Origin: Gammaproteobacteria bacterium
GTDB lineage: Bacteria > Pseudomonadota > Gammaproteobacteria > Eutrophobiales > Eutrophobiaceae
Direction of reading: 5' to 3'
Length of the DNA: 64,000 nucleotides
Assembly (NCBI GenBank): GCA_965221695.1
Contig: OZ244905.1
Span: 832,001-896,000, forward strand
This document shows positions 37,957 through 47,836 of the stretch, one piece after another. The position numbers were made by a program, and so were the translations under genes. The first letter of the stretch is position 1; every line of letters starts with the position of its first letter. The notes under the pieces were generated by a model that saw nothing but the letters and a program-made list of their open reading frames with translations, made no database searches and was not told the origin of the DNA.

Positions 37957-37995
37957 TGATACAAAAAAATTCGGATATGTCAACTTTTCGTATCA
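37957..37995. promoter_or_regulatory. Putative PaaX operator
   Basis: TGATAC-N27-GTATCA just upstream of paaA; same geometry as the E. coli TGATTC-N27-GAATCA site. Confidence 0.7.
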
Positions 37996-38035
37996 TATTC
38001 AGGTTGGGTGAGAAGTAACATGAAGGCATTCCCTC

Positions 38036-38095
38036 GCACCACTCCCGCAACAGTGGGAGTCCAGTAAAATACTGTGTCGCCCGCAGTGCGACTCT
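38036..38095. repeat. Degenerate REP/dRS3-like unit
   Basis: actcccgc..gtgggagtccag...gtcgcccgcagtgcgac. Confidence 0.75.
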
Positions 38096-38113
38096 GTAAT
38101 GGATACTGTTATC

Positions 38114-40315
38114 TCAGTTGTGATAGGGATTGAACTCTGTGACATCCTCTCTTTGTGTTGTGCTGGTATCCATGGGAGGTGTCGGAATGTAATGTTCCGG
38201 CGTGGCGCCGCCTTCAGCTTTGCGGGTCAGGGCCTGTTGTACGGTCTCGACCTTCACCGCTGCGGCAAGACCGTCTTTTCTTTTGACCATCATCGCGATG
38301 CCTGAGCTGTTCGGCGGCGGCATCATGTCGGCGTGGTAATAGGCTACCTTGTGTTTTTTCACATCAATCTTTCGATCAAGGTCCAAGTCTCGCTGGTTGA
38401 CGCCCTTGAGCGGATGTACGCAGACGCCGTCGACGATCTCCAGGTCCAGCCACCATTTTTTTACCGGGTTGCGCACGCCGTGACCCAGTAGATCGTCCAA
38501 TTTTACCGCGATGGGGACCAGCAGGGGCTTCAGCCAGAATGCGTTGACGCCGCACCAGCTTGCGACCTGGGTGGCGATGGGGCCGTCCCAACTGATGACC
38601 TTGTTCAGCGGGCAGGTCTTCATGCAGCGGCCGCAAGCCAGCCCGCGCTGGTTGGTCAGGCGGTAACGGGTGCAGCGCTCGACATCCGGTTTCCACATCT
38701 CATAGCCGTTGAACATCACCTTGCCACCGAAAGGGATCGCGTCACAGGGACATTCGCGCGCGCACTTGAGACAGTTGGAGCAGAAATACTGCAAACCGAA
38801 ATCGACGGGCTTGTCGGGAACCAGCGGCAGATCGGTGGTCATGACGACGGTCTTGAAACGCGGGCCGATGAATGGGTTGAGCACCAGTTCGCCAATACGG
38901 CTGAGTTCGCCCAGTCCCGCCCACATGACCAGGGGAATATGCAACACATGGGAATCTGCGTTGGTCTGGGGCCGGGCCGGGTATCCCAACGAGCGGATAT
39001 GCTCGGCCATGATGCCGGCAATCAGCGCGCCGCGCATATAAGCGCGCATGGACTGCGCGCCGGAAATAAAATCATCGCCGGATGCCCCTTCCATCGTGTC
39101 ATAACCCTGGTCGATCAGGCATACGACCGCGTATTTGTGGTACGGCACGATCTCGGAACCGTCTTCCTTATGGGAATACCAGGCGTAGTCCGGTATCTCG
39201 CAGATACCGGTGATCTCCGACCCCAGCGCATAGGACAGAGATTTGAGCGCCCTGGTGTTGGCCTCCGGATCACTCAACTCCGCCGCCTTGGTTTTTGCAA
39301 CAGGACCATCCTGGTGCGGTACCATGCCGCGGATCTGCTTCAGCATGGCAGCGGCAAAAGGGTGTTTGAAGGAAAACCGCTGGCGCTCGACCTGGGCCTT
39401 CTTATCCAGGTCGCCGTGAATCGCCCGTTCGAAGAAACCTGCGCGTTTCGGCACCCGCGGCACTTCATCATCCAGGATCAGCGTGGTCGGCCTGGGCACG
39501 CGTTTCACCTGTTCCATCGGGTAATTGCTGAGGTGGGTGCGGCGGTTGGCGCGGCGCCATCTTTCCAGGCCCGAGGTCGCGCCGCCGACGCCCAACCAGT
39601 ATGCCAGGCTCTTGCCGTTTTTCGCCTTTTGCGCCAACGGCAGGTCAGTTGCCAATGCATAGTCCGTAGTGACCACCGCAACCGTGTAGTCGGCGCCCAG
39701 GTAAGGATTAATGATTCCGCCTTTGGTCCGGACCCCAAGGCCCGCAAGCACCGTTAGCCGCTCGATATCGACCCGATCATTGTGATCGTCATAAGCGGTC
39801 GCGTTGAACCCCATCGCCCGGATGTGGTTGGCTATGCCTACCGCCACTTCGAAAGCGCGCATCTGCGCGGTGGCATGAATTGAGCCTTCCAGCCAGTTGC
39901 GGGCCAGGTTGCCGGGTTCCGGCAGCCGGCTGTATTCGGCAAGCACGACGATTCCGTGAGTATGATCTGCCGAATTTGCATGGCGATACCAGCAGGAGGC
40001 CGACAATTGGCAAATACCAATCTGGCTGGCATCGAGAAAATAACCGGCGCCCTTCACGTCAATGGAACGCCTTTCCAGGTCATCAGGCGCCGGCGCCCTC
40101 GCCGGCGCTACCGGACCATCGCAGAATTGCTTAAAGATACGGTGATATTTTTCCAGCGCAGCGGCATAGTCCGGCTGCGCGCCGTTGCCGAAAACAGGCC
40201 TTTCATTCTGTCCCAACCAGCGCTCTTGCTCGATAATCTCCTCATCCCTGGCCAACCTCTCAAGAGGATACGGGCCATAGTGGAAGGGCCGGCTCTTATT
40301 TGAGAAGAAGATCAT
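38114..40315 (-). CDS. rdhA: Catabolic cobalamin/Fe-S reductive dehalogenase (NpRdhA/BhbA-like; no Tat signal, no fused reductase)
   Basis: GPYPLERL N-terminus, duplicated B12-domain layout, AGLGELSRIG, GPRFKT, CSNCLKCARECP and CGRCMKTCP Fe-S motifs. Confidence 0.88.
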   Translation of the reverse strand: MIFFSNKSRPFHYGPYPLERLARDEEIIEQERWLGQNERPVFGNGAQPDYAAALEKYHRIFKQFCDGPVAPARAPAPDDLERRSIDVKGAGYFLDASQIGICQLSASCWYRHANSADHTHGIVVLAEYSRLPEPGNLARNWLEGSIHATAQMRAFEVAVGIANHIRAMGFNATAYDDHNDRVDIERLTVLAGLGVRTKGGIINPYLGADYTVAVVTTDYALATDLPLAQKAKNGKSLAYWLGVGGATSGLERWRRANRRTHLSNYPMEQVKRVPRPTTLILDDEVPRVPKRAGFFERAIHGDLDKKAQVERQRFSFKHPFAAAMLKQIRGMVPHQDGPVAKTKAAELSDPEANTRALKSLSYALGSEITGICEIPDYAWYSHKEDGSEIVPYHKYAVVCLIDQGYDTMEGASGDDFISGAQSMRAYMRGALIAGIMAEHIRSLGYPARPQTNADSHVLHIPLVMWAGLGELSRIGELVLNPFIGPRFKTVVMTTDLPLVPDKPVDFGLQYFCSNCLKCARECPCDAIPFGGKVMFNGYEMWKPDVERCTRYRLTNQRGLACGRCMKTCPLNKVISWDGPIATQVASWCGVNAFWLKPLLVPIAVKLDDLLGHGVRNPVKKWWLDLEIVDGVCVHPLKGVNQRDLDLDRKIDVKKHKVAYYHADMMPPPNSSGIAMMVKRKDGLAAAVKVETVQQALTRKAEGGATPEHYIPTPPMDTSTTQREDVTEFNPYHN

Positions 40316-40334
40316 ATTTTGGTCCCGATTTATC

Positions 40335-40367
40335 TAAGGAAGCTCTGACTTAATCAGAACTCCCCTA
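40335..40367. repeat. Short palindrome of the TAAGGAAGCTCTGA family upstream of rdhA
   Basis: taaggaagctctgacttaatcaga is identical to 8197-8220. Confidence 0.75.
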
Positions 40368-40466
40368 ATATCTTGTGATTATGTCATAAAAACTGCCGTT
40401 CCTGTCAATATCCTGTAAATTATACGACACCCACCAAATTTATATGCACAGCCTGTAAATACTATT

Positions 40467-40973
40467 ATGCACGTAGAAGGTTTTGCGCCAATTGCAGACC
40501 GCCGCGCGCGGGCGCTGATCCTCGGCTCGATGCCCAGTACGGCATCGCTTGCCGCACAACAATATTATGCGCATCCGAGGAATTTATTCTGGCGCATGGT
40601 GGAATATTGGTTTGGCATTGGTCTCGACGCGCCTTATGCAGAGCGTTGCCGGACATTGACTGAACATGGTATCGCGCTATGGGATGTGTTGCAAAACTGT
40701 CACCGAGCAGGCAGCCTCGATAGCGCAATACGACAACCTCAAGCAAACGATTTTGCAACTTTCTACGAGCAGCATACACAACTGAAGGCAGTATTTTTCA
40801 ATGGCAGCGCCGCCGAACAGTTCTACCACAAACTGGTGGCGCCGACCATTCCCGACACGGTGTCTGTTGAATTTAACCGGCTACCCTCCACCAGCCCCGC
40901 TAACGCAGCTATGACCTTGGAACAAAAACGCGTGCGCTGGCAAGCCGTATTGGACTCTACCTGTTTGCCGTGA
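40467..40973 (+). CDS. DNA-deoxyinosine (hypoxanthine) glycosylase, UDG superfamily
   Basis: ILGSMPS..SL..QQYYAHPRN.FW, SLDSAI, LPSTSPANA. Confidence 0.85.
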   Translation: MHVEGFAPIADRRARALILGSMPSTASLAAQQYYAHPRNLFWRMVEYWFGIGLDAPYAERCRTLTEHGIALWDVLQNCHRAGSLDSAIRQPQANDFATFYEQHTQLKAVFFNGSAAEQFYHKLVAPTIPDTVSVEFNRLPSTSPANAAMTLEQKRVRWQAVLDSTCLP

Positions 40974-40978
40974 ACAGG

Positions 40979-42628
40979 TCAGTGGCTTGCCGCTTCAGAT
41001 GTGCCGATACCAAGTTCTGAACGTATGTATTGTTCGTTGAATGCCGCCCGTTCGCGACCCGCCCGGGCGCTTTTGTCTGTTACGGATAACGCCCAGGCCG
41101 TAACAAACGCCAGCGGCGCCGAAATGACGGTAGGATAGACATAAGGGAACAGCGGTTTTTCCATACCCATTACGTCCACCCATACCTGCGGTCCGACGAC
41201 AATCAGGGTTACGGAAGAAATCAGACCGGCCAGGCAACCGTAGATCGCGCCGCGCGTGGTCAGCCCGCGCCAGTACATGGAGAGCAGCAATATGGGCGCA
41301 TTGGCGCTGCCGGCCACCGCCAACGCCATGTTGGTGATGAAGATAACGTTGAGCTGCTCAAAGGCAATACCGAACAGGATAGCCAGTATGCCGATGACGA
41401 TAACGGCACAGCGAGAAACCAGTAGTTCGGACTTATCCGATGCCTGGCCGCGTTTCATCGATTTTGCATACAGGTCATGCGCTATAGTCGCCGCCGCAGA
41501 AATGGTCAAGCCGGATACGACCGCGAGGATGGTGGCAAAGGCGACAGCAGAGATAAAACCCAACAGGATGTTGCCCCCCAGGAAATGGGAAGCATGCAGC
41601 GCCACCATGTTGCGGCCGCCGTCCAGCAGGCCGGATGCATCCTGGTAGTCGGCATTGAACATGACCAGCGACACCGCGCCAAAGCCGATGACGATCATCA
41701 GCAAGTTGAAATACCCGATAATCGATACGGCATAAAACGTCGATTTTCGTGCGGCCCGGCCATCCTTCACCGTAAATATTCGCATCAGCACGTGCGGCAG
41801 TCCCAAAAAGCCCAGCAGGCAGGTCAGCCCCAGGGAGATCACCGATACCGGATCGGTCAGCCAACCTCCCGGCATCATCAGTCCCTCACCCTTCGGATGT
41901 ATGGCTACCGCATCGTGAAATATCCGCCCCAGGTCGAAATTGAAATGCTGCAGCATCAGAACGGTAATGATTGTTCCGCCGACCACCAGCAGGAAAGCCT
42001 TGATGATCTGTACCCAGGTGGTGGCCAGCATGCCCCCAAAAGTGACGTATAAAATCATCAGCGAACTCACGGAGGTAACCGCCCAGACATAATCGATGCC
42101 GAACAATAACTGGATCAGTTTACCGGCGCCGACGAGTTGCGAGATAAGGTAAAACACTGCGGTGGAAAGCGATCCCAGCGCGGCAACCAGGGTCACGGGA
42201 CGCTCCGCAAGCCGCAGGGACACGACATCGATAAACGTATACCGCCCCAGGTTACGCAGGCGCTCTGCAACCAGCAGCAAAATGAGCGGCCAACTGGCTA
42301 CGGCGCCGGCGGCGAGCATCAAACCGTCTGTTCCGGAAAAATACAACAGACTGGAAAGTCCCAAAAACGTGGCTGCGGACATGAAATCGCCGGAAATCGC
42401 AATGCCGTTCTGCAAAGGTGTAATGCCGCCTCCGGCAACATAGAACTCCTTGCGTGAATGGGTGCGCCGGGCCGCCCACCAGGTGATCAGCAATGTGCTC
42501 AAGACAAATAGCACAAACGTCAGGATCGCGGTGATATTAGGTCCGCCGGCAGCTTCCTCAACCGGCGCGGCTAACACTGTGCCCGCTGACAACGGCAGCA
42601 GCAGGAAAATCGACAAACTTCTAATCAT
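40979..42628 (-). CDS. actP: Sodium:solute symporter, ActP/PaaL-like
   Basis: NGIAISGDFMSAATFLG, GGMLATTWVQIIKA, GLPHVLMR, SAVAFATILAVVSGL. Confidence 0.88.
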   Translation of the reverse strand: MIRSLSIFLLLPLSAGTVLAAPVEEAAGGPNITAILTFVLFVLSTLLITWWAARRTHSRKEFYVAGGGITPLQNGIAISGDFMSAATFLGLSSLLYFSGTDGLMLAAGAVASWPLILLLVAERLRNLGRYTFIDVVSLRLAERPVTLVAALGSLSTAVFYLISQLVGAGKLIQLLFGIDYVWAVTSVSSLMILYVTFGGMLATTWVQIIKAFLLVVGGTIITVLMLQHFNFDLGRIFHDAVAIHPKGEGLMMPGGWLTDPVSVISLGLTCLLGFLGLPHVLMRIFTVKDGRAARKSTFYAVSIIGYFNLLMIVIGFGAVSLVMFNADYQDASGLLDGGRNMVALHASHFLGGNILLGFISAVAFATILAVVSGLTISAAATIAHDLYAKSMKRGQASDKSELLVSRCAVIVIGILAILFGIAFEQLNVIFITNMALAVAGSANAPILLLSMYWRGLTTRGAIYGCLAGLISSVTLIVVGPQVWVDVMGMEKPLFPYVYPTVISAPLAFVTAWALSVTDKSARAGRERAAFNEQYIRSELGIGTSEAASH

Positions 42629-42938
42629 CCGCCAGTTCCTGCAATAGCCTGTCCCGTTCAGGGTCGAAATACCGGCCTGTCCACCAGGTATAAAACCCGG
42701 AAACAATAATACTTAACAGGATAACCAGCACAGTCAGCCAGATAATAATACTGACGGCGCTACCCTCAGGCCATGCCATCCCGGATAATTCGGGCAACCA
42801 GGCAATGGCGCCAAAATAGACGCCGAACTGCAATATGCCGATTGCCGTCAGCAGCCAGGTCACCCGCCGGCGTCGGCGCACAAGCGAGTGGTACCTGGCT
42901 GAATCTGACAGTATGCGGATTTGTTCCTGTAGTTCCAT
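42621..42938 (-). CDS. DUF485 (YjcH/PaaP-like) membrane protein
   Basis: YHSLVRRR, two TM helices, FDP near the C-terminus; overlaps the actP start. Confidence 0.75.
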   Translation of the reverse strand: MELQEQIRILSDSARYHSLVRRRRRVTWLLTAIGILQFGVYFGAIAWLPELSGMAWPEGSAVSIIIWLTVLVILLSIIVSGFYTWWTGRYFDPERDRLLQELADD

Positions 42939-43045
42939 GATCGGGTTGGCAAGCTGTTTTTCAGCGTTATTCTTATCTGTGTTGGCCGCGTATGATATAA
43001 GGGAACCTCCGAAAATGCTATTTTTGAAATTCATCCTTGAAATTC

Positions 43046-43230
43046 GAGTCGCCCTGCAGGCGACACAGTATTCGACTGGACTCCCGCTTTCGCGGGAGTG
43101 GTACGGTGGCGGTGTTCACGCTAGCGCTCCCCTATCCCATTCCCGCGAAAGCGGGAATCCAGTGAAACTACGGGTCGCCCACCGGGCGACACCCTATTCT
43201 GCTGGACTCCCGCTGTTGCGACAGTGGTAT
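43046..43230. repeat. REP/dRS3-like palindrome cluster (same layout as 13347-13495)
   Basis: gtcgccc..ggcgac, actcccgc..gcgggagt, attcccgcgaaagcgggaat. Confidence 0.85.
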
Positions 43231-43256
43231 AGTGGCTGCTTTCACGGAGTTGATCC

Positions 43257-44462
43257 ATGACTGAAGAACAACAGAACAAACCCGTTGCCCCCTACATGGC
43301 CATCGGCTTGTCCACGACGATAACGGGAATAGCCGATCGCAAGCATATCCGACACAACCTGGAAAACATTGAGGAGGCGATCCATGCGGCCGTCTCAATG
43401 GTGAATATCAATATGTCGGTGAAAATCATCGCCCTGGCGGAAGGCGCGTTGACGGGTTTCACCGACGAGATCTTCGACCTGCCCCATGTGTTGGCGGCCA
43501 GGGAACTGTTCATCGATATCCCCGGCGAAGAGACCGAGTGGCTGGGGCGCCTGGCCAGGCTGTATAACACCTACATCATCGGCCAGTGCAAGGCGCGCTG
43601 GCCTGAAATCATGGAGGACCGGTTCTTCAACACGTTGTTCGTGATCGACCCGAACGGCAATGTCGCGCACAAGTCGGCGAAAAACCATATCTGGTGCCGG
43701 GAACGCTCCTGCACGCCCCACGATGTCTACGACCGTTGGGTGGATGTGTTCGGCGACGATATTGACGCATTCTATCCCGTATTGAAAACCGCGGACATCG
43801 GCAACATCGGCACGATCTGCTGCAGCGACGGCGAATACCCCGAAGCGGTGCGGGCGCTCGCGTTCAACGGCGCCGAAGTGGTCTACCGGCCCAGCGAGGC
43901 GATGCCCATGACCGGTTCCGGCTACCCGGGCGGCGGTTCCTGGATGATCCAGAACCGGGGCCATGCGGAATTCAACTCGGTATACATGCTGTGCCCCAAT
44001 GCCGGTCCCATTTTCCTGTCAGCTACATCAAAAAATCCGGTAGATATTACCGGCGGGCATGCCCACATCGTCGACTACCGTGGCGAGATCATGTCCTACA
44101 GCCCATCGGCGAACAATACCCTGGTGTGCGCCACCATTGATATCGAAGCCCTGCGCCAGTTCCGCCTGATGAACCTGAACAGCAACTGGCTGAAAGACCT
44201 GCGCACCGAAGTGTACAAGCGCATGTATGAAAAACCGATCCACCCGAAGAACCTGTGGATGAAACAGGACCCGCTGCGTCATGCGGAGGTGGATGAGATC
44301 TACCGCCAAAATATCGCCTCGCTGGTCGAGCGGGGTACCTGGACCAGGCCGTTTTATGAACATGAGGGCTGCCGATTTCAACCCGGCGGAGAGGAGGAAC
44401 CTCCCTGGCAGGAGTTGAAAAAAATGTGGGCGCCCTGGGATGAGAGAGAAACAGATGGATAA
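43257..44462 (+). CDS. Nitrilase-superfamily carbon-nitrogen hydrolase
   Basis: E-K-C triad candidates LAEGAL, KSAKNH and ICCSDGEYPE. Confidence 0.82.
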   Translation: MTEEQQNKPVAPYMAIGLSTTITGIADRKHIRHNLENIEEAIHAAVSMVNINMSVKIIALAEGALTGFTDEIFDLPHVLAARELFIDIPGEETEWLGRLARLYNTYIIGQCKARWPEIMEDRFFNTLFVIDPNGNVAHKSAKNHIWCRERSCTPHDVYDRWVDVFGDDIDAFYPVLKTADIGNIGTICCSDGEYPEAVRALAFNGAEVVYRPSEAMPMTGSGYPGGGSWMIQNRGHAEFNSVYMLCPNAGPIFLSATSKNPVDITGGHAHIVDYRGEIMSYSPSANNTLVCATIDIEALRQFRLMNLNSNWLKDLRTEVYKRMYEKPIHPKNLWMKQDPLRHAEVDEIYRQNIASLVERGTWTRPFYEHEGCRFQPGGEEEPPWQELKKMWAPWDERETDG

Positions 44463-46032
44463 ATTCGATGCGATTATCGTCGGCAGCGGCATCAATGCGC
44501 TGGTGTGCGCGGCCTTGTTGAGCAAGCAAGGCAACAAGGTACTGGTACTGGAGCGCAACGACCGCCTGGGGGGGTGTATCCGCACAGATGAGATTACCGC
44601 GCCGGGCTTTGTCCACGATGTCCTGTCCAGTTGGCACCCGCTGTTCGTCACCTCGCCAGGCTATGCCGAGTTGAAGGATGAACTGGAACAGTACGGACTG
44701 GAATACTGTAATACCGACACGCCTACCGCGGTGGCGCTGCCCGACCAGACAGCTTTCGTCCTGAAGAATTCGCGGGAGCAAAACATTGACGCGATGAATG
44801 CGCTGTCCAACGGTGACGGCGATCGTTATCGCGCGGCCATGGCAGAACTGGAACAATCTCTGGGGCTTACCTTTACCCTGCTGGGCAGCGAATTGTGGCG
44901 CGGCGCGACGCTGAAGGTATTCCTCTCTGCGCTGGTGAAAATGGGGCCGTTCAAACTGGCGCAGTATTTTGGCGCCGGACTGCAACCGGCGCGCGCCTGG
45001 CTGGAGACGACTTTTAACGCCAACGCGGTCAGCGCCTGCTTGGCCGGCTGGCCGTCCCATGCCGGTATCGGTCCGGATGCGCCCGGGTCAGCGCTGATGG
45101 CCCGAATAATTGCCTTCACACTGGAAATGGCGGGCTGTCCGGTTGTCAAGGGCGGCAACTACAACATCGTGCGGGCTTTTCAGCGGCTTATTGAAGCCCA
45201 TGGCGGCGAATTGCAGGTGAACGCGGATGTCACCCGGGTGATTACGACGCATGGCCGGGCAACCGGCGTCAGAACCCGCGCCGGCATGGAGTATTCGGCC
45301 GGCAAGGTGATTTGCAGCGTCACACCGAACCAGCTTTACGAAAACCTGCTGGAACCGGCCGATGTGCCGGCCACGGTGGCTGAACAAACCAGGGACTACC
45401 GGTACGGCAACGGCGACATGCAAATTCACCTGGCCCTGTCGGAGCCGCCACAGTGGCATGCGCCAGGTTTGGAGAATGTCGCGATCACGCATATTACCAG
45501 CGGTGTGGATGCGGTCGCGCGTTCGATCAACGAGGCGCGCTGCGGGCTGCTGCCGCAGGAAGCGACCATCGTAGTCGGCCAGCCGGCGGCGCTGGACCCG
45601 AGCCGGACGCCCGACGGCAAGGGCTTGTTGTGGATACAATTGCAGGAATGCCCGCGCCGCATAAAAGGCGATGCGGCCGGCAACATCAAAGCGCCCGCAG
45701 ACGGCGCCTGGACTGCAGCGGTACGCGAAGCCTATGCAGACCGCATCATCGATCGGCTGGCGCGCTACATGCCAAACCTGAAAGACAGCATTATTGCCAG
45801 AACGGCGCTATCCCCCGCCGACCTGGAAGCGATAAACATCAACCTGGTGGGGGGAGACCCCTACGGCGGCGCTTGCTCGCTGGACCAGTTCTTCCTGTGG
45901 CGGCCATTGCGGGCGCTGAAGAACCACGATACACCGGTTAAAAATCTGTATCACATCGGCGCATCCACCCATCCCGGCCCGGGTCTGGGTGGCGGCTCCG
46001 GCTACCTGGTCGCAAAGACCTTACAACACTAG
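44455..46032 (+). CDS. Phytoene desaturase-like FAD oxidoreductase
   Basis: GSGINAL, LERNDRLGG, GGDPYGG, GASTHPGPGLGGGSG. Confidence 0.85.
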   Translation: MDKFDAIIVGSGINALVCAALLSKQGNKVLVLERNDRLGGCIRTDEITAPGFVHDVLSSWHPLFVTSPGYAELKDELEQYGLEYCNTDTPTAVALPDQTAFVLKNSREQNIDAMNALSNGDGDRYRAAMAELEQSLGLTFTLLGSELWRGATLKVFLSALVKMGPFKLAQYFGAGLQPARAWLETTFNANAVSACLAGWPSHAGIGPDAPGSALMARIIAFTLEMAGCPVVKGGNYNIVRAFQRLIEAHGGELQVNADVTRVITTHGRATGVRTRAGMEYSAGKVICSVTPNQLYENLLEPADVPATVAEQTRDYRYGNGDMQIHLALSEPPQWHAPGLENVAITHITSGVDAVARSINEARCGLLPQEATIVVGQPAALDPSRTPDGKGLLWIQLQECPRRIKGDAAGNIKAPADGAWTAAVREAYADRIIDRLARYMPNLKDSIIARTALSPADLEAININLVGGDPYGGACSLDQFFLWRPLRALKNHDTPVKNLYHIGASTHPGPGLGGGSGYLVAKTLQH

Positions 46033-46044
46033 CGGAGAGAACGC

Positions 46045-46353
46045 ATGATCAGAGTCAATGTAATGTACCCCAAGCAGGAAAACGGTAATTTCGACTACGA
46101 CTACTACCTGAACACCCATATGCCCCTGGTGGAGAAACGATGGGGCGATGTGGTACGCGGCATGGAAGTCTACAAGGGGCTGGGCGGCGCCGGCGGCGCC
46201 CCGGAACCTTATGTCACCGTCGCCAGCCTGAAATTCGACAGCGTGGAGGCATTCGAGCAAGCGCTGGATGCCCATGCGCCCGAAATCATGGGCGACATCC
46301 CTAATTTCACCAATATCAACCCGGTTGTGCAGATAGAGGAACAGTTATTGTAG
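46045..46353 (+). CDS. EthD family protein
   Basis: FDYDYY..HMPL, DIPNFTNI.P..QI. Confidence 0.85.
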   Translation: MIRVNVMYPKQENGNFDYDYYLNTHMPLVEKRWGDVVRGMEVYKGLGGAGGAPEPYVTVASLKFDSVEAFEQALDAHAPEIMGDIPNFTNINPVVQIEEQLL

Positions 46354-47823
46354 CAGCCAGGCCGCGTTCTGCTGCTTGCAGAAACCGTCCTCTTCCAGTT
46401 TGATCAGACCGGCCAGCAAGGATCGGGCGGCAATCGGGTAGACGCTTTCCGATACGTCCGGGTAGGTATCGAGCAGTAATTCATCGACCGCGCGCGGCGT
46501 GCCGGACAAAGCCGCCTTGAGCGCGGCTTCGCGCATTTCCCGATGCCTGATAAAGTGCCGGATCAGGCTGTGGCCGTCGCGCCGGGGCGGCCCATGGGCA
46601 GGATACAGGACACCCATGGGAGTACCAAGCAACCTGTTAAGACTGTCTAAATAGGTGTGCATGTGACCTTCCGGCGGGTCGATAACAATGGTTGACACCG
46701 TGGACAGCATATCGCCCACGATCGCCGCATGGTAGCGGCTGTCGATAAAACACAGGTGATCGACCGCATGACCCGGTGTATGCATCACGTTCAGATGCCA
46801 GTCGCCGGACCCATCCGGCGCTGTGCCAAGCTCCAGGCGGTCGCCGTCCGTTAACGGTTCCCCCGGTATAAAACCGGCGTCGATGCGGCGGTAGGTCTCT
46901 TCATGGGCGCGCAACGGTAGCCGATACCGTTGGCTCACCGCGTTGACCGCGCCAACGTGGTCCCGGTGGTGATGCGTTAACAGGATAGCCTGAAACCTTC
47001 CTCCCTCGTTAATCAGGTCGTCCATCCGGTTGAACAGCCGTTGCTGTTCCCCCTGGTCCGGAGTCGCCGGATCGATGATGTAGAGCCTGTCCGTGCCGGC
47101 TATGATGGTATTGGTGGTGGTCGCCGGCGGTAATGTCGGCGTTGCCAGCGGCGCGACGAAGATGCCCGGTGAAAAATAAACCGGATGCAGGCCGCCCTGC
47201 GCCAGGCGTTCCGTTTCATGCCTGCTGCGTTCAAGGAACATATCCAGACCACCCTCGGCCATCAGGCGCAACAGAAAAAGCACCGGCGGCGCGATCTCCA
47301 TTTCCCCCCTGTCCCAGGCGTCGACCACTTCCCCGGGCCTGACAAACCGACCTTCGACCAGTTCATAATTATCGACGGCCGGAGTTTCATGTTCCGGGCA
47401 GCGGACGTACATGAACAAGGTATCGAAACGGACCGGAAAAAACGGCGGTGTGGTGACGCGGTACAATGGCGTCATCCGGGGAAACGCTGCGTCATACTGC
47501 GCCAGGAAATCCCGCCATTGTTCAGGCTCATCCTTGATCTGCTGTTTCAGCGCCTGTTTCCGCTCCGGGCTGAATTCCTCGCCCAAGGTGGCAGACAGTA
47601 TGTCCGTTTCCTCCAGGATTTCACGTACTGCGCAGCGTTTCAGCGCCAGTTCCTCCGGATCGTCCTCCCCATGACTATCGACCGTGCTGACGTTGCCGCC
47701 GGGAAACACCCAGTAACCGCCGAAGAACTTGAGCTCGGGAGCGCGCTTGACCAGGTAAACTTCCGGGTCCTGGTCAGACCCGCGGACCAGAATAACAGAA
47801 GCAGCGAGTTTTATTTTTCCCAT
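46345..47823 (-). CDS. Nudix hydrolase-metallo-beta-lactamase fusion (LACTB2-like C-terminal part)
   Basis: VFPGG...AVREILEET Nudix box; THHHRDH, HTPGH, GD and PAHG MBL motifs. Confidence 0.85.
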   Translation of the reverse strand: MGKIKLAASVILVRGSDQDPEVYLVKRAPELKFFGGYWVFPGGNVSTVDSHGEDDPEELALKRCAVREILEETDILSATLGEEFSPERKQALKQQIKDEPEQWRDFLAQYDAAFPRMTPLYRVTTPPFFPVRFDTLFMYVRCPEHETPAVDNYELVEGRFVRPGEVVDAWDRGEMEIAPPVLFLLRLMAEGGLDMFLERSRHETERLAQGGLHPVYFSPGIFVAPLATPTLPPATTTNTIIAGTDRLYIIDPATPDQGEQQRLFNRMDDLINEGGRFQAILLTHHHRDHVGAVNAVSQRYRLPLRAHEETYRRIDAGFIPGEPLTDGDRLELGTAPDGSGDWHLNVMHTPGHAVDHLCFIDSRYHAAIVGDMLSTVSTIVIDPPEGHMHTYLDSLNRLLGTPMGVLYPAHGPPRRDGHSLIRHFIRHREMREAALKAALSGTPRAVDELLLDTYPDVSESVYPIAARSLLAGLIKLEEDGFCKQQNAAWLLQ

Positions 47824-47836
47824 GGAAACAGTATTA

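Noticed and set aside
40316-40466. Cobalamin riboswitch upstream of rdhA
   Set aside because: Region is short and AT-rich with no B12-box
44568-44574. G7 tract in the desaturase-like gene
   Set aside because: In frame, short, and encodes the conserved LGG motif
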